From Antedon mediterranea (taxonomy: Eukaryota; Animalia; Echinodermata), in the NCBI RefSeq assembly GCF_964355755.1, contig NC_092671.1, positions 3,348,001-3,412,000 of the forward strand: a DNA stretch of 64,000 nucleotides, given 5' to 3'. A program made the translations under genes and the position numbers. Every line of letters starts with the position of its first letter. The stretch's first letter is position 1. This document shows positions 32,301 to 47,300 of this stretch, in pieces. Below the pieces are notes generated by a model that was given only the letters and a program-made list of their open reading frames with translations, was not told where the DNA came from and did no database searches.

Positions 32301-35300
32301 TCCTTTTGAACAGCACCGATTTCTTGGAGTAACTGGTAGGTACAAAATTTTATTTTTGAAATTAATTTTTTATGTGATCAAAATGTTCAAAATAAAACAT
32401 TAACTAATGAATTTTCTTTTTTTTTTTTAATTTTAGCAACGGAAGGATCCTATTTAAGAAAAGCAGCATATTATTGGACCAGTGACGGCTACATTGCACG
32501 CGATTTTGCTTCGTTATCCGAATACGCAACAAACTTGGCAAACACTTCTGAAATAACGTTACCAGGAGGAGAAGAAATTCTAACATCTAGAGGTCGAGAT
32601 GGGAAAGGTGAAGCCTCACATGTGAATGGGACCGACAACCTTTGGTTTCTGTTAGGTAGGTCAGGTTTATTGGCCTAGCCTGAAATAAAATGCTTTAAAG
32701 ATGTATGAAAGTAACAAATTTTGTTCACATTTTTTGCTCTGGAAAAGTCTTGAAAAAGTTACGAAAATTATTTATGTATGAAATCATTGCATTGCTTCTT
32801 TCAAATATTTTTTTTTTAACAGGTGACTTACCCGGAACGTGTATTAGCGATCCATTTCTATGCCAAGATGGCGTTACTCTCGCACTCTGGGCGAGAATTT
32901 ACCCAGTGCATGATGATGTACCTCACTTCATCATGAGTACGGGAGAGCAATCAACGAGGGGGATGTCGTTTTACATGCGTCGAGGTGTTCTTGGTGCCAA
33001 TTTGATTGATGGTGATAGGAAGTGGATAACAGAGATTGAATTTACACCTGATCCAGGTAATATTTGACTTATCTTCTTCTTTGTGCATATATTATCATAA
33101 TAATTAAATGCCGCCACACACTCCCACAACCGCACCCAGGGATTTTTTTGAAAATGTGGTTTAAAATTGGTAGAGAATTTCACAACATTGAGGCTGCCGC
33201 CACAAAAAACCTCTCTGACTCTAGAGTCCTAGTCTTTGGAGTCCAAAGCTGACCATTTCTGTATTATGCTGTGTGCCTTGTATGCGAAGATCAACACTTT
33301 GTATTAAAATTACTGTAAAAACAGGTAACTCATGAATGTCTGCAATTTTACACATTCTAGTTACTAGGTTGCAGGATCTTCATTTGGTTCTTTAGAAGAC
33401 CATTGGAAAACACTACTTTAATTGTTTTCTTTCAGATGATTGGATCCACCTTGCAATATCTTGGAGGAAGAACACAGGAATGATCTTATATAAAGATGGT
33501 TACATTGTCTCGTATGATGATGTTGGTATTCGTAAGATCCGAGAAGCTGATCTTGATACAAAAATTATCCTCGGTCGTAGAAATGATTTCCTAGATGCGT
33601 ATAGTTCAATGGAATTTGAGGAACTTGTATTCTGGGAGAGATTCGTGGAGACGTGGGATGCTAGAGAAGTGTTTGGTCTTTCAGGTAAAGCATGCATACT
33701 GATACTAATATTTGTTTGTCACCATTGTTTAATTCAATAAAGTAGAATAAAAAAAAAAAACATTTATAATTTTCAGGTTTTTTACAGGTTTTATAAAGTT
33801 ATGCAAATGTAAGTTTTCAAGACCTAAAAAACAATTTTAGAAATGTTTGATTACATTGTGTATAGTTTTGGAAATTTGCATTGTTGGCTCTTTGAAAAGT
33901 TATGAATATTAATTGTATGAACTCTGAATTTGTTTATTTTCAGAATTTGAGCAATATGATGATGCACTTTATCAATGGAAGTCTGAAGAGTTAATAACAA
34001 GTAAACTGGATATCCTAATGACAAAATCACTCGGCCAAGAAGAGTACATTGGGCCAACAGCAAGTGTTAGGGTAACAGAGGACCCCATGGCTGTAGATCT
34101 CACTCAGTCAGCTTCTGCTTTGAACTTGGGTAAGTAAGGTTCAATTGGCTTTGAAATTAACTACAAGATGCATGTTAATGTGTATTTGATAGAATGGTAC
34201 AATGACTCTTTGACTCAACAGCTGTGTAGTCGAATGACCCATTGTGAAGGTTGCTGTTGATTCCACAAGCCAAAACAAATCTTTCTTTTTGAATTCAATT
34301 TGCCAACTGAATAGATTTTATTGGCTTATGACTTAGTTTCCAAGGCCTTGACTCAATATGTTTTGAGTCAATTTAGGGAGTTGAGTAACTGACAAGAGTC
34401 TGACCTCTGACACTTACAAGTGTACCTATTGTGTTTCAGGTTCGTTTCAGTCTGACTGTTTCACAACACCTATGGATTGCAGTGAGGGTCTGAGTATCTC
34501 AATGTGGGTTAAACTGTTACATGGCTCTTCTAATGATCCAGTTGGTTATCTCCTAAGGTAAGCTTCAATTAGTTCAGTCAAATCAGTGTTCCCAGGATCC
34601 AAACTTGACACTTGACCCAGACAACCTTTTGACTTGTTAAACCTGACTTTGACCCAGACAACCTGACCCTCTCTTAAGCTCTGTCCACACTATCAAACTA
34701 GTTTGACAAAAAAAGTGTGATGTACCCAAATATGGTATTGATATTCTCAAATATGTTAGTGATATGACATTATCATGTCCACATATGGGCACATCACATT
34801 TTGTTTTCACATAAAATTTAATCCTGGAATTCAAAGACAATCATACATTACGATTCTTTTTTATTCTAGTGCTGGAAGAGGAGATGGTAGTGGCGTAGCA
34901 ATATACAAAGAAGGACATGATCTGATATTTGTCATTGAAAATGCAACTAACGTATGGGCAACGACAATTAATGTTCAGGTAATTTGTTTTCAATAATATT
35001 TCTATTTAATGACTGTAGGCCTAAAAGTATACAAGGAAGTGTAGATTTTATTAGGTATAGAAAAGCATATATCCATATTGGATGAGCTTAATTAACTGAA
35101 TGATTACTGTATTCAAATAATATGCATGAATTTATCTGTAATAATTTTGTATTATTTCATCTTGAATTCCTGTTTTAGGTGATACCAAATAATGAATTTT
35201 CCAACATAGCATTAACATGGTCTGCTAGTGCAGGTATAACAATTTACATAGATGGTAAGGCACCAGTCAAAGCTAATGTCACTAGTGTTCATGCACCAGT

Positions 35301-38300
35301 AGGAAGCGCTGCCAATGATCACATGACCATCGGACGACCAAATGACGCCAATTCAGACTATGGAAGTTTTATAATACTTAATCTTGTTGTCTGGGATAAG
35401 TATTTCTTTCCTCGGAAATCTCACAAACTTACAACTTTGACAGGTAAGATAAAAAAAACTCAATAACCTGAAGTGCTTTTTTTCTGGTATCCCAATAGCT
35501 GTTCTCACAATGATGTATGTACAACACATATGAGTTGACCAATTACAATTGACAGTTATGATGGTCCGTCATGTCGTGATTGGTCAAATTACAATTGGTG
35601 GGCTGACATCCTTGTGTTGCGTTCAAGTGAAAACTTGATCATGTTAAATTAGCCAAAAAGCTTGCTAAATAATTGCATAAACAGGTTAAAAGCAAACAAA
35701 ATGTAGTTACTGCAGTAACTGCAGAAGACTAATTTTGACATGGTTCTTAAGCTGTTTTAAGTTGTAATATATATAATACCATAATCTTATTTTTTTATTA
35801 TATACTAGATGAACAGATTGACTGCATACATAGCAACAAAATCTGCTGGCCGTTTGAGTCGTTACTTAGCCTCAAGTATCCATACACTTTGAGTTCGAGT
35901 GGAGCAAAATACAAATTTGACAGACGCTATAATGGGAGATCTGTTTACACCAATGGTCGAACGGGCGCGATCTCTCTCGGTAACTTCCGAAATGCTTGTC
36001 CTAAGCGCTTAACAGCTTGTGAGAACGGGTTTGTTTTAAGCATCTGGCTACGTTTGGAAGATAACGATCGAAATGTTGGAACACTTGTGAGTCTTGGAGC
36101 AGAGGTAGAAGGTAAGGAGTCTCATATTGTCTTTCACTGATGTTTCTTTATTATTTACTTGCCTAGCAAAAATCTGGAATTTACACCAGTGGTGTAACGG
36201 CTATGAGCGACCTGGGATCTTATGGTAGCCCCTGAGCAGTGTCCAAAGGAAAAAACAGGCTAAAAAATGCCAGAGCCACTCATTGTATATGCGATCAGAA
36301 TGAACTTCTTCAGTTTTGTTATTCTGAATATAAACAAGAAACTTTCAAATCATATGTCTTTTACATTATAACTTCTAAAATCATGGTTCTCTTTTAATTG
36401 TTAGATGAACAAGGAATTTCTCTGGTCAAAGATGAGTTTGGTCTCTTAGCAACAGTGGCTGATGGCAGTCACTTGTGGGTCAGCAGAATCTACAATGGCA
36501 ATTTTACATATGGTCCTTGGATGTTCCTTGGATGGACTTGGTCACCAAATGCAGGCATTGATTTGTTCATTGATGGAATTGATCTGACACATACCATTGT
36601 TAGTAAAAACTCATTTATATACAAAAATAAGTACCTTGGAAAAATTTTATTTTAATAAGTACCACTTATTGCTTTTTTCTGTTTGTTTGCAGGATAGCGT
36701 CAAAAATGTTTATGTTATCATCTTGAAATTTTGGGCGTACTATATGTGCTTACAGACAATGCCTTCAGAAATTTTTTTTAGAAAAATCTATATATTGGTG
36801 ACGTCATAAAGCTTGAGATATCTTTATCATGACTATGGACTAAAATATTAAATAACACGCCCTCGTTAGCTCTGCATTTTACCATAGAGATATTATAATG
36901 AACTATAATATCTCTATGATTTTCTTTTTCTATGTATTTCTTAGCTATGTTTATAAGGATTTTCACAATTTTTTTCTTATTCAGGATAACAAAACCGAAG
37001 AAGTTCGTTCTGGCCGCACGTACAATGAATTATTCCTTGGAAGAGGTTCCCTACTAGAAGGAAAATATATAGAAGCATATTTTGATGATGTTGAGCTTGA
37101 GTTCCCTGTTCTGTCGGAAGATTTACCAGACGCTGAAGATTTAACAGGAATTGATGGTTTGTATAAAAGTTATTTTATTTTCAACTAGTTAATCAATTAA
37201 AGAACGCCCTGCAAACTACAGTAAAGTAGTAAAACTTGATTCCCACTTGGACAACACATGAGTTGACCAATCACAAGTGAAAGTTTGGATGATCCATCGT
37301 GTCTGATTGGTCAAATTACTTGTGGTTACATATTTTAGGATCTTTAACTAAAAATATGTTTTATCTTTCTAGCTGTGACAGCTTATGCATCTGCGGATGA
37401 ATATTATAATCTTGTAACCAGTGATGAGGTCGAATTAGTTGATAGCAGTGTTGTCTCGGATCGCAATGATGATAGAAGTAGCGCCGTAAATACTGGTATA
37501 ACTAATACATCTCATAGTCTTGGTTTCATTGATATTGGTAAGTTTTGTTTATATAATATTAAAGATCTACAAGTTTTTTTACTGAAATAACATCATTTTA
37601 TTTATTTTTTTCAATGCAATTGAATGGAAGTCACTGCAATAAACAGTGTATAATTACCTAGACATTTATATAAATTGGTTAAAAAGCTGATTTTGATTTG
37701 ATTTAATATTGGTAAAAGATAAACATTTTGGCACAAATGCCGTTTCATACGTATAATACTTGAGCTGGAGTCGAAACGTCAACTGAAATATTAAAAACAT
37801 AAAAATGACAAAAGCAGAGACTAAAAAAATCTTTTTTTTTTAAATGTTCATAGGCGATTATTCCAGAACGTGCGTGAGTGACCCATCAAGATGCACGCCA
37901 TCTGGAGTTACATTGTCCATTTGGGTCAAGATAAATTCTCTTGAACATCTTTTGAACAATATCACAAATCCGACTAGTGTGGGATACATTCTCAGGTATG
38001 GCACGGCAAAATAACTGTTATTATTGTTATTATCATCTTAATTATACAAATCATTATCATCTGCAATCCTTTCAAACTTTATGTGACCAAATATGGACAT
38101 GATGATGTTATATCACTACCATATTTAAGCATATCACTACCATATTTGTGCACATCACACTTTTTTTTATAAAACTAGTTTGATAGTGTAGACAGAACTT
38201 TAGGGTCTTCTGCTATTCTGAAGAGTTCAATTTCTAGATTGGCATTCTATCTGGCATGGTGATATATGGACTGATCAGTATCTTTAGATATTGAGCTGAT

Positions 38301-41300
38301 TCGATGGAGTGTCCTGGCAGCTTTCATTTCATGAAGTACTTTTAATTGTATCTCAAAATGCTTGACTCCATCTCAGATTTTAATCTCCATTGTTTATGGC
38401 ACTAGTTTTACAAAGAAAAGCAATTTAAATCCAATTTTGCTTTTTGGTTTAAAGTGCTTTATCTCTTTGCATTTTGTCTCTCTTTTTTCTCTTTAAACTT
38501 TTAATTTTTAGCACACAGTTTTATATAGTTATAGTAAATATACATAAAATAATATAATAAATTTTATTTTTCTACACCAGTTCTGGTGCTCAGGCTCCAA
38601 ATGGACGTGGTTTCGCAGTAGCATATGATGGTGTAAATTTGACAGTCACAATGCAACACTCGAGGCATATGATTGAGTTCAGCACAGGCTTTGAGGACCC
38701 TGAGGGTTGGTTCAACCTTGCGGTGTCCTACAGTGAAGCACAGGGCTTACGTTTGTATATTGATGGTGTGCTTACTGGTAAGAATCATATTCGACTTACT
38801 GACCATTTTTATTGACTTGTAACATGTCTTAGTTAAACATCTTTAACATCCTTAAAAAAAATGGTTATATTGACCATTAATGTTTTTAAAAAAAGTTTTC
38901 ATTTAATTTCTTTAGGCCTAATAATAATAATAGTGTAGTTAATGTACAGTAGAACCTATTAAGGGGACACCTTTAGGAGCCAGCAAAGTGTCCCTTTAAT
39001 AGTGTCTTCTGAATAGTGGTTGGCATTGGTGATAGAACATATTTCCCATCATTTGTTTCACAGAGATGTGTGCCAACAGAGTGGGGAGAGGTAGGGGTTA
39101 GGGTATATTGCATTTTGTTAGCTATTAGGGAGGTTTCGCAACCTTACGAATACGATAACGAAAACGGATACGTCACGCACACGTTTTCGTTTTCGTAAGC
39201 CATAAAAAAATCTGTTTCGCATCGCAACAAAATATTGAGGCGCGTCCAAAATATGACTGCGGTAAATTTGAGCGAAGCGCAGGTACGTGTTGCTTGGTGC
39301 TTGGCTGCCTAGGCCTAGCGTAACATCAAAGCGAGTGAGGACTTTAAAAACTGCTATTTATCAAAATTGACTTGGCATTTTAGTAAATTACTTTAGTAAA
39401 TTACTTTCAATAAATCTATAATTATATTATAATCATGAATCATTCCTGATTCAAATGCAAAATGTGCAAAATAGATCAAAAACTATACTCGTTTTGTAGT
39501 TACGAATATGACTGGTGATATTCGTCAACACGAATACGCTTTACGAATATGAAATGGGGATCAGCTCAAAAGTTTAAAAAATGTATGACGTATCCGTTTT
39601 CGTTATCGTATTCGTAAGGTTGCGAAACCTCCCTAATATTATATTATAAATGAAACAACAAAAAAATATTATCTTTATTTACCTAATTTGAGGACAAATT
39701 TTTTAGGCTTACTAATAATATTATTATTATTCATATTTCTGTCTAAATATTATCTTTTTTACAGGTTCATCGACAGAAGAAATAGAGACACCCATAGTAA
39801 GTGATTTCGCTACTCATCTACACCTTGGCAAAAGAAATGATATGAATGGTGATTATCTGGGAGCATCATTCGATGACTTTGCTACATTCTACAAGACTTT
39901 CGAAGAAGATGATCCCTCACTTGCAGACACTTTGACAGGGAATGAAGCAGAAACTGGTGTTGGTATGTACATAATGATTTATAATGTGCTGTATCTACAA
40001 ATATGGGATTATTTGGAAAGTATCATGGATAACATCTAGTACACAACATCACATGTGACTATTATGAAAATATTTTAAGGTTGAGGTTATAATACTGTAC
40101 AGCATCACATATGACATTACAGAGCTTTTAAATTTGCGATGACCAATGACCAATCTAGGACAGGTCAATCAAACCTGTGTTGAGGAAGGGGCCACACATC
40201 TCAATATTCCTGCATATGCATAATGAACTAAAATGACGTGGTTTGGTCATTGTGAGTTGTCGCAAATTGAACTTTCTATTGATGCTAGGATACAGTCTTA
40301 CACACACTATTAAAAAATAGTAAAGAATTGTCTCCTGGTGTTCTGTATCTGTTGTGGGTCCTTAAAGGGCATATACAGCTACAAGCTGCACTGTCACTTT
40401 GCCTTGATAAATGATACTACATCTTGCACATCTGATTTTTTACTAAAATAATTTATATTTTGCAGTTGTAACCACGAATCATCCAGAACTAGATGCGTTG
40501 GCGCCATTTTCTGGAAAACCAGATTGTAAAGTCTTACACGATGCTGACTGTGCACGAAGCATTTACGAACTAAATGATGTGGTTAGTAATAATATAATGA
40601 TATTATAATACTTTTTACAAGAGGCTGTGTGGATACTTCAGGAGCCAACAAAATGTTAATAGGACTGTCCTCTGAATAGAAGTTTGCTTTAAGCTTTGTG
40701 TACACTGTCAAATTTGTGTGACAAAAAAATGTGTTGTGCCCATATATGGACATGATGATGTTATATCACTACCATATTTGGGCACATCTTACTTTGTTTA
40801 GATATTATATTTTCCTTTGTTTGTTTTAACAAAAAAAGTGTCCCTACAGTGTCCCTTGAATAGGAGGGGTCAATGATTAGGATAATGAAGATAATTGAGG
40901 TGATGATGAGAATGGTAATTAATTATTTACCATTTCAAGATAAATCAAATATTTAAAAGCAATAATCTAAAATTTTTTTTTTTTTTTTCAGTTAAGTGAT
41001 GAGGCGATTATAAACGGAACTGTTTATACCAGCGTTCGGAACCGACTTCGCTACCTTGTTGATCCTAGAAACGATGTTCCCCAAAACGACCTTGCATACT
41101 GTGTGGATGTGTTTGAAGCAATAGTTTATGCCCCAGTAGATTATAAACTTAATGAGACAGAAGCCATGTCTGAATTATCAGTAAGTTTCATTTTCCGTTT
41201 ACACTATATATACATTTGTACCTATGAATAATAATTCATTTGATTGTGTGTGGAGATTACAAGTAACTCTATTAAGGTAAAGGTAAGCCCAGTATTTCTG

Positions 41301-44300
41301 TAAGGAATGAGCTGGTAGGAGCTCATCTAAGCCTGTGCACATGATAGGGTGACCACACTGCTGTATTTTTTCACAGGTACTGATTTAGAGCAGAATGCAG
41401 GCACGCATTTAGGCACCCACTAAAGTTTAACTTTTATCTCTTTAAAAAAAATAAAATACTGACTACACATTGAACAAAATCAAAACAAAACACCATATCT
41501 GTGAAAAACGATCAAACAATCGATGGTTCCCACACACAGAACACGCATCTCTATACATGCGCAAACAAATGTTACACTGTGTTTACCAGCCAGAAAGCTC
41601 TGTCTACAAACTTTATGTGTCATATTACTACCATATTTGGGTACATTACACTTTTTTGTCAAACTAGTTTGATAGTGTAGACAGGGCTTTAGTAATATTT
41701 GTTTATCCGTAATTCACGTTTATTTTTAGGATTTGATTCAAATAACAAGCAATATGATGCAACCAAACCGATCTGAAAACTGGAAAAAAGTCAATGAGGT
41801 AAAACACTTTCTCTTTCAGAAAAATACTTTATACTTAGTACTTTATAAATATTTTATTTTTTTTATTGTTAGGTTTTGTTATTTTCATAATTAATTTTAG
41901 TTGAGTTAAGCGTAATAATTTTGTAAATATTTTTTTGATCAAACACATATGAAAACATACTCCCATAATGCAGCTAGTAATCAGTGCAAAGTTGTGGCTG
42001 GACCTTACCAGGTACCCATTTTGTACACATGGGTGGAGAGAGACAAACATAAGTATCTAAGAATACAAGTAATGCAGTGAGCATTGGATTCGAACCCACT
42101 ATCTCAGGATCAGTAGTCCAATGTCCAACACACTGTGCCACATGACCTTGCATTGCATACTGTACTGTAGGATCCTGAAACCTTATGAGTATTGTTTATT
42201 CATTATTTTAGGTTAGCATGGGTACACCATCACTAGTTAAAACTCTTGAAGATTATGGAATTCAAGTTTCTCGAAGATTAAGGACAAAATCTGGTCATGA
42301 GAAGCTTGTATTAAGTGCTGAAAACATAGGTGAGAACACAGAATCTTTATGAGCGTTTATCAATTTTTGTTTCAAAATTCACAACTTTATTACAAGTACA
42401 AAATAACCTATTCAAAATCTGATTTTATTAATCTTCATTGTTCATGTTTTTGGGGAACAATACATTTTTAAAGTATTCAACAAATATTTATTTTTACCAC
42501 AGGTATGCAGGTGGATTCGCTTGAAAACAGCAACCAGCACGATAAGTACTCATTACCCGATTACTCACTGTCCAACTGGAATGAAACTAAACTTCATTGG
42601 AATGACCCAATTGAGAAATTTACCCTACCGAAACACTTCTTTCAGTTCACTGAGCCTGGTGAGTTACAACTAATTTCCATCTTTTTAAACTTTGACATAT
42701 ACACCAATTTCACATTAATTAACCACCGTCTGAACCCATGGTTAAATCAATGAATATGAATTTATTATTGAAAATGACATAATTAAAAGTATGACATCGT
42801 TAAAAGTATGACATCATTAAAGTATGACATCATTAAAGTATGACATCATTAAAAGTATGACATCATTAAAAGTATGACATCATTAAAAGTATGACATCAT
42901 TAAAAGTTTGATATAGGATGAACAATATGTAATCTTATGGCTTGTCTCACTTTTATTAAAAAGTGACATAATGATGTAATTTAATACTTTAAAATTGTTA
43001 CTAAAATTATATTGACAAGTTTAATTTTTCTTTTAGGTAAAACATCGTCTTTGGTGGCCACAATGTACAACACACTTCCTGATATGATTCCGGAAGTTGG
43101 AACTCAAGAGTGAGTTTTTGTTTTTAATTTTTTATTAACCATGTGAATGAAAGCTTATAGAATATATCTGGCTATTAATAATAAATAATAATAGTTGTCT
43201 TATATAGCGCCTAATACAATGTTTGTAAGCTAAGCTTTACACATAAAAATGATCCATTAAATATCCTAAGATAACCAAAAAAAGCCGAGGAACCATTTAC
43301 ACCTCTCTGTTCTCCAGCACTTTGAAGCTCCCATATGAGAGCTCGCCGGAAAAATATTCACAGGAGCTAGAGGGAAAAGGCATCTGTCTACCCTACCAAA
43401 ATAAGAAGAAAAAAAACAATGTTTGCTACATCTTTGTTCCCACTTTGAAGTAATGCAAGAATGTAAGCACGCCGCAAGTAAATTGACCAATCACAAGCAA
43501 TGGATTATCCAAACTCGCTTTGTCATAAGTAGTTTAATTAAAGAGTTGCCGTTTTCTTTTAATTTTGCAGTGTTAAAGGCTTAGATGGTAAACCAGTGAA
43601 AATCAATAGTAGGGTAGCATCGCTGTCGGTTGACCCACCTCTGCGGATGGACTTGTACAACCCAATCAGAATTGTTTTTGCACACATTGCGGTACGTACA
43701 CATTCAATATTGTTTTATCAATCAATTCAACAATCAGTGATCATTCATAGCGCTATCAAAAATAAAAATTCATTCAGTTTTTAAAAGTGACTTGAAATTG
43801 TCTAAAGATGTTGAGTGTCTAATATGCAGTACTGAAAGTCCTATCTCCCCAACTACCTTAACCACATATATTTAGTGTTTAATTATAATTTATGATTGAT
43901 ATTATTTTAGCCTGTGAATAAATCTTCACATGAAGAAGTAGCTTGTTCATTTTGGAATCATAGCGCACCGTAAGTGTTATAATTTATTCATCATATTAAT
44001 TACTACTATCATTATCCACTTAAGGCTTTTAAGCCTTAAAAATAAGGATAAATAAAAGCAAATTTGATAGGCCATTACATAGTTTTTATCAAGTTGATCA
44101 CTTTTTCCCAATGCACAAAAACATATCAAGTTCCAGGCACACTTCCGGTTGACTATATTATCTTTCTTTCCATTATGATTTTGTCAGGTAAAACATTTTG
44201 TGACATTAAGATGTCCGCTATAAAAAAACAAAAAACTATCAAATCATTTTTTCAGGGAAACAATATATCTCTAATAGTTCTACTTTCTTAAATGATATCA

Positions 44301-47300
44301 ATTGTAAGAGTACTGTCATTTATTGCCAATATTATTCACTTTTCTAATTGGTTTGTTTTAGAAATACGACAAATGGTGCGTGGGATACCCGTGGCTGCGA
44401 AGTTGTTTCGACTAATGAGACAATTACGATATGTCATGTTTATCACATGACCAGTTTCGCCATCATCATTAAACCAATTTTTGAGGAGGTGAGACATTTT
44501 ACTTAATTGTTTATTACTTTTGTATATTTTTAGTTTAATTTAGCTTTATTATGTAAGATATGACATTTCCAATTTTTTTTTTATTCTCGAAGTCAAGTGA
44601 GAAAAGAGTAAAAAAAAAGTATATCTCAGAGCAAACGTAATGTCTATGTATATTTAACATGCAAATGACCATAAAAGAAAGTAATTTCCCACTGATGAAT
44701 GAATGAATAAAGGGATTTTAGCTGTTGGGGAAAAGTGAATTTGATTGGTTGAAAAATTTTAAAATGTGATAATTTGACTTTTTGCGTACATTCGATTTAC
44801 TAGGAGGAAGAATCTGACGAGGGCAACCTTCAATGGATGGCAAGAATCCTATCAGTTTTTTCAATTTCTTTTCTCGGAGTGTACTTATTTTATCTTGTAT
44901 GTGCCAAGTAAGTCAATAAACATCTTTCTTCTAGTAATACACACTATTGTGATATGCTAAGCTATCAGTAATTATTATTAATAATAATATTTATTCGGCA
45001 AAAGTTCATAAAGTACATTTTACAATTCATCTTGCCAGGAGCAAGTAATAGGCATGAGCCCAAACAGAAAACTGCTCTTACTCCATCATTACTTATAAAT
45101 ACAAAAATAACAAAACTAAGTAGCACAAATTAAGTCAAAATAAAACAAAACAAAGTTATAATGAGATACACCAATTAAAAATAAGCTGCATTGAATAAAC
45201 AATATAAACAATTACAACTTAATATTTTGAGATCAAATGTTTGATGAGTTGGGCTTTAAAATCTGAAATTGTAGCACATTGTTTAATTTCATTGGGAAGT
45301 TGCTCCCATAATCTAGGGAAAATAACAAACGATGAATTTAAAAATGTATTGGTCTTTGCCTTCCAATGTATTAACCGCCCTTCACACCTCTCACTTGATC
45401 TCACAAACTCATTAAAGGATGATGGACAGAGGCCATGCATTATTTTAAAACCTAATGTGAGTCTATACACTTTAAATATATCTTCAATACTTAAAATATT
45501 TAGGGTCTTTAACCTATATAAATATGAAGTGTCCCAATTTCCTTCTTTTCTGTACATAATTATTCTAGTGGCCTATCTCTGAACCCTTTCAAGTCTATAC
45601 ATATGAGATATTTCAGTAGGTGCCCACATACAACAACAGTAAGTCACAACAGGTAGTATTAGTGCTTTGTAAAGATTAAATATTGAGTAATATTAAAGTT
45701 GACTTTCCCAATACTCTGAATGAGTCAGTGGGATGAAAACTGGAAGCATCTCCCAATAACAGACTTTTCTTGAGGTCCAAAAGGTTCCAAATTATTTTTT
45801 TTATCATTAAAAACACATTTAGTATACCACGCCTGATTGATATTATACTTACCTATACAGTAGTTTAGCATCTATATTTACATATTTTTATTATATATGT
45901 AATTTTGCTTTTACAGTACAGTACAGACTATTACAGTCTCCATATCTTTTTCTCAAATAATGATTATTGTGTCCAATATGCTCTATTTCATATTGGGTGT
46001 GTTTTTTAACTTTATGTATTTGCCTTTTTTTTTTTTCAGGCGTCTACGAGTTATTCTACACACCATACACATCAACCTCTGTGTTGCTGTTATTTTTGCA
46101 TTACTGTCCCTGGCTGGTTCTGGGGATATCAAAGATGCATGGGTAAATATACTAACATAATGTAGTCAGAAATTGATAATGCTGTAATAAATTACAGGGC
46201 GACTTATGTTATTGGGTGAATTTAATTGATAATTATTACAAGAAATTACCTACAGTTCCCATATAAAGTTTTAAAAATTTAGATCACTTTGTCAAATAAT
46301 TTAAATAGAACACCTATAACGAACAAGGGGGCACTGTTATAACCCTACTGCCAACCCCTATTCAGGTGACCCCCTTAAGGAGACTTTGGTTCCAAGGTGT
46401 CCACTTATTAGGGGTTTTACTGATGTTTTAATCAATTCTTTAATATTTCAATAATGTTTCATTTTTCTTAACAGGGAGACTGTATGTTATCTGGCTGTTT
46501 AATCCACTACTTCAACACAGTCATTATGCTTTGGCTGTTCATAGAGGCTTTTCAGCTTTTTACTGATCTCACAGAGAGCTTAGAGATCCAGGACGAGGAT
46601 GATGATGAGGATGAGCCTCCATTCCAAGAACGGGTCAAATACTATATTCTCTTTGGATGGGGTAAGTGTTTTAAATGGCCTGGATGTTTTATTAGGTGTT
46701 TAAATAGATAATTTTCATAAATTCTATATGACAATCTGTCAAGCAAAAATAGCATTTATTTGATAATTTAATAACAATGATTGTAAAGTTCAATTTAAAG
46801 CACAAAATGCATGGCACCTCTAAGAGCTGAACAATCAACAGAAAAAGATTAATATTTTAAAGCATTACAACATAAAGAAAAGCCATTTTATTCATTAGAA
46901 AATAAATCTGTTAGAATGTGGATGAAAGTTGGGAGCCATTTTAGTAGTGTCAGACAGCCTTTCAAAAAACAGATATCTACAAAGCAATACAACTTTTTTT
47001 TAAACAAAATAATTTTTAAAAATGAATGTTGTTGCTTAACCATACCTTGATGCTAAGGTGAATGTTAATAAAATTGTGAATTTGAATTTGTACTATTTTT
47101 CGAATGTGTTTACTGAATATTTGAAATGGATAATTTCTGAGTAATAGTTTCTAATATATAATAATAATCATGTTTTTATTCAGGAGTACCGTTCCTAAAT
47201 GTGGGTGTTGCGTTTGGTTTCTCTCCTGATGCCTATATTGAACAAGAGGCTGGCTTGTAAGTAGATTTTTCATGCATTATTATACATCATAAATTAGATA

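Noticed and set aside
37738-37785. gtcgaaacgtc as another hammerhead
   Set aside because: No CUGANGA core or stem II upstream; at most a decayed relic.
45241-45582. 113-aa + strand ORF
   Set aside because: Antisense shadow of the LINE ORF2 fragment.
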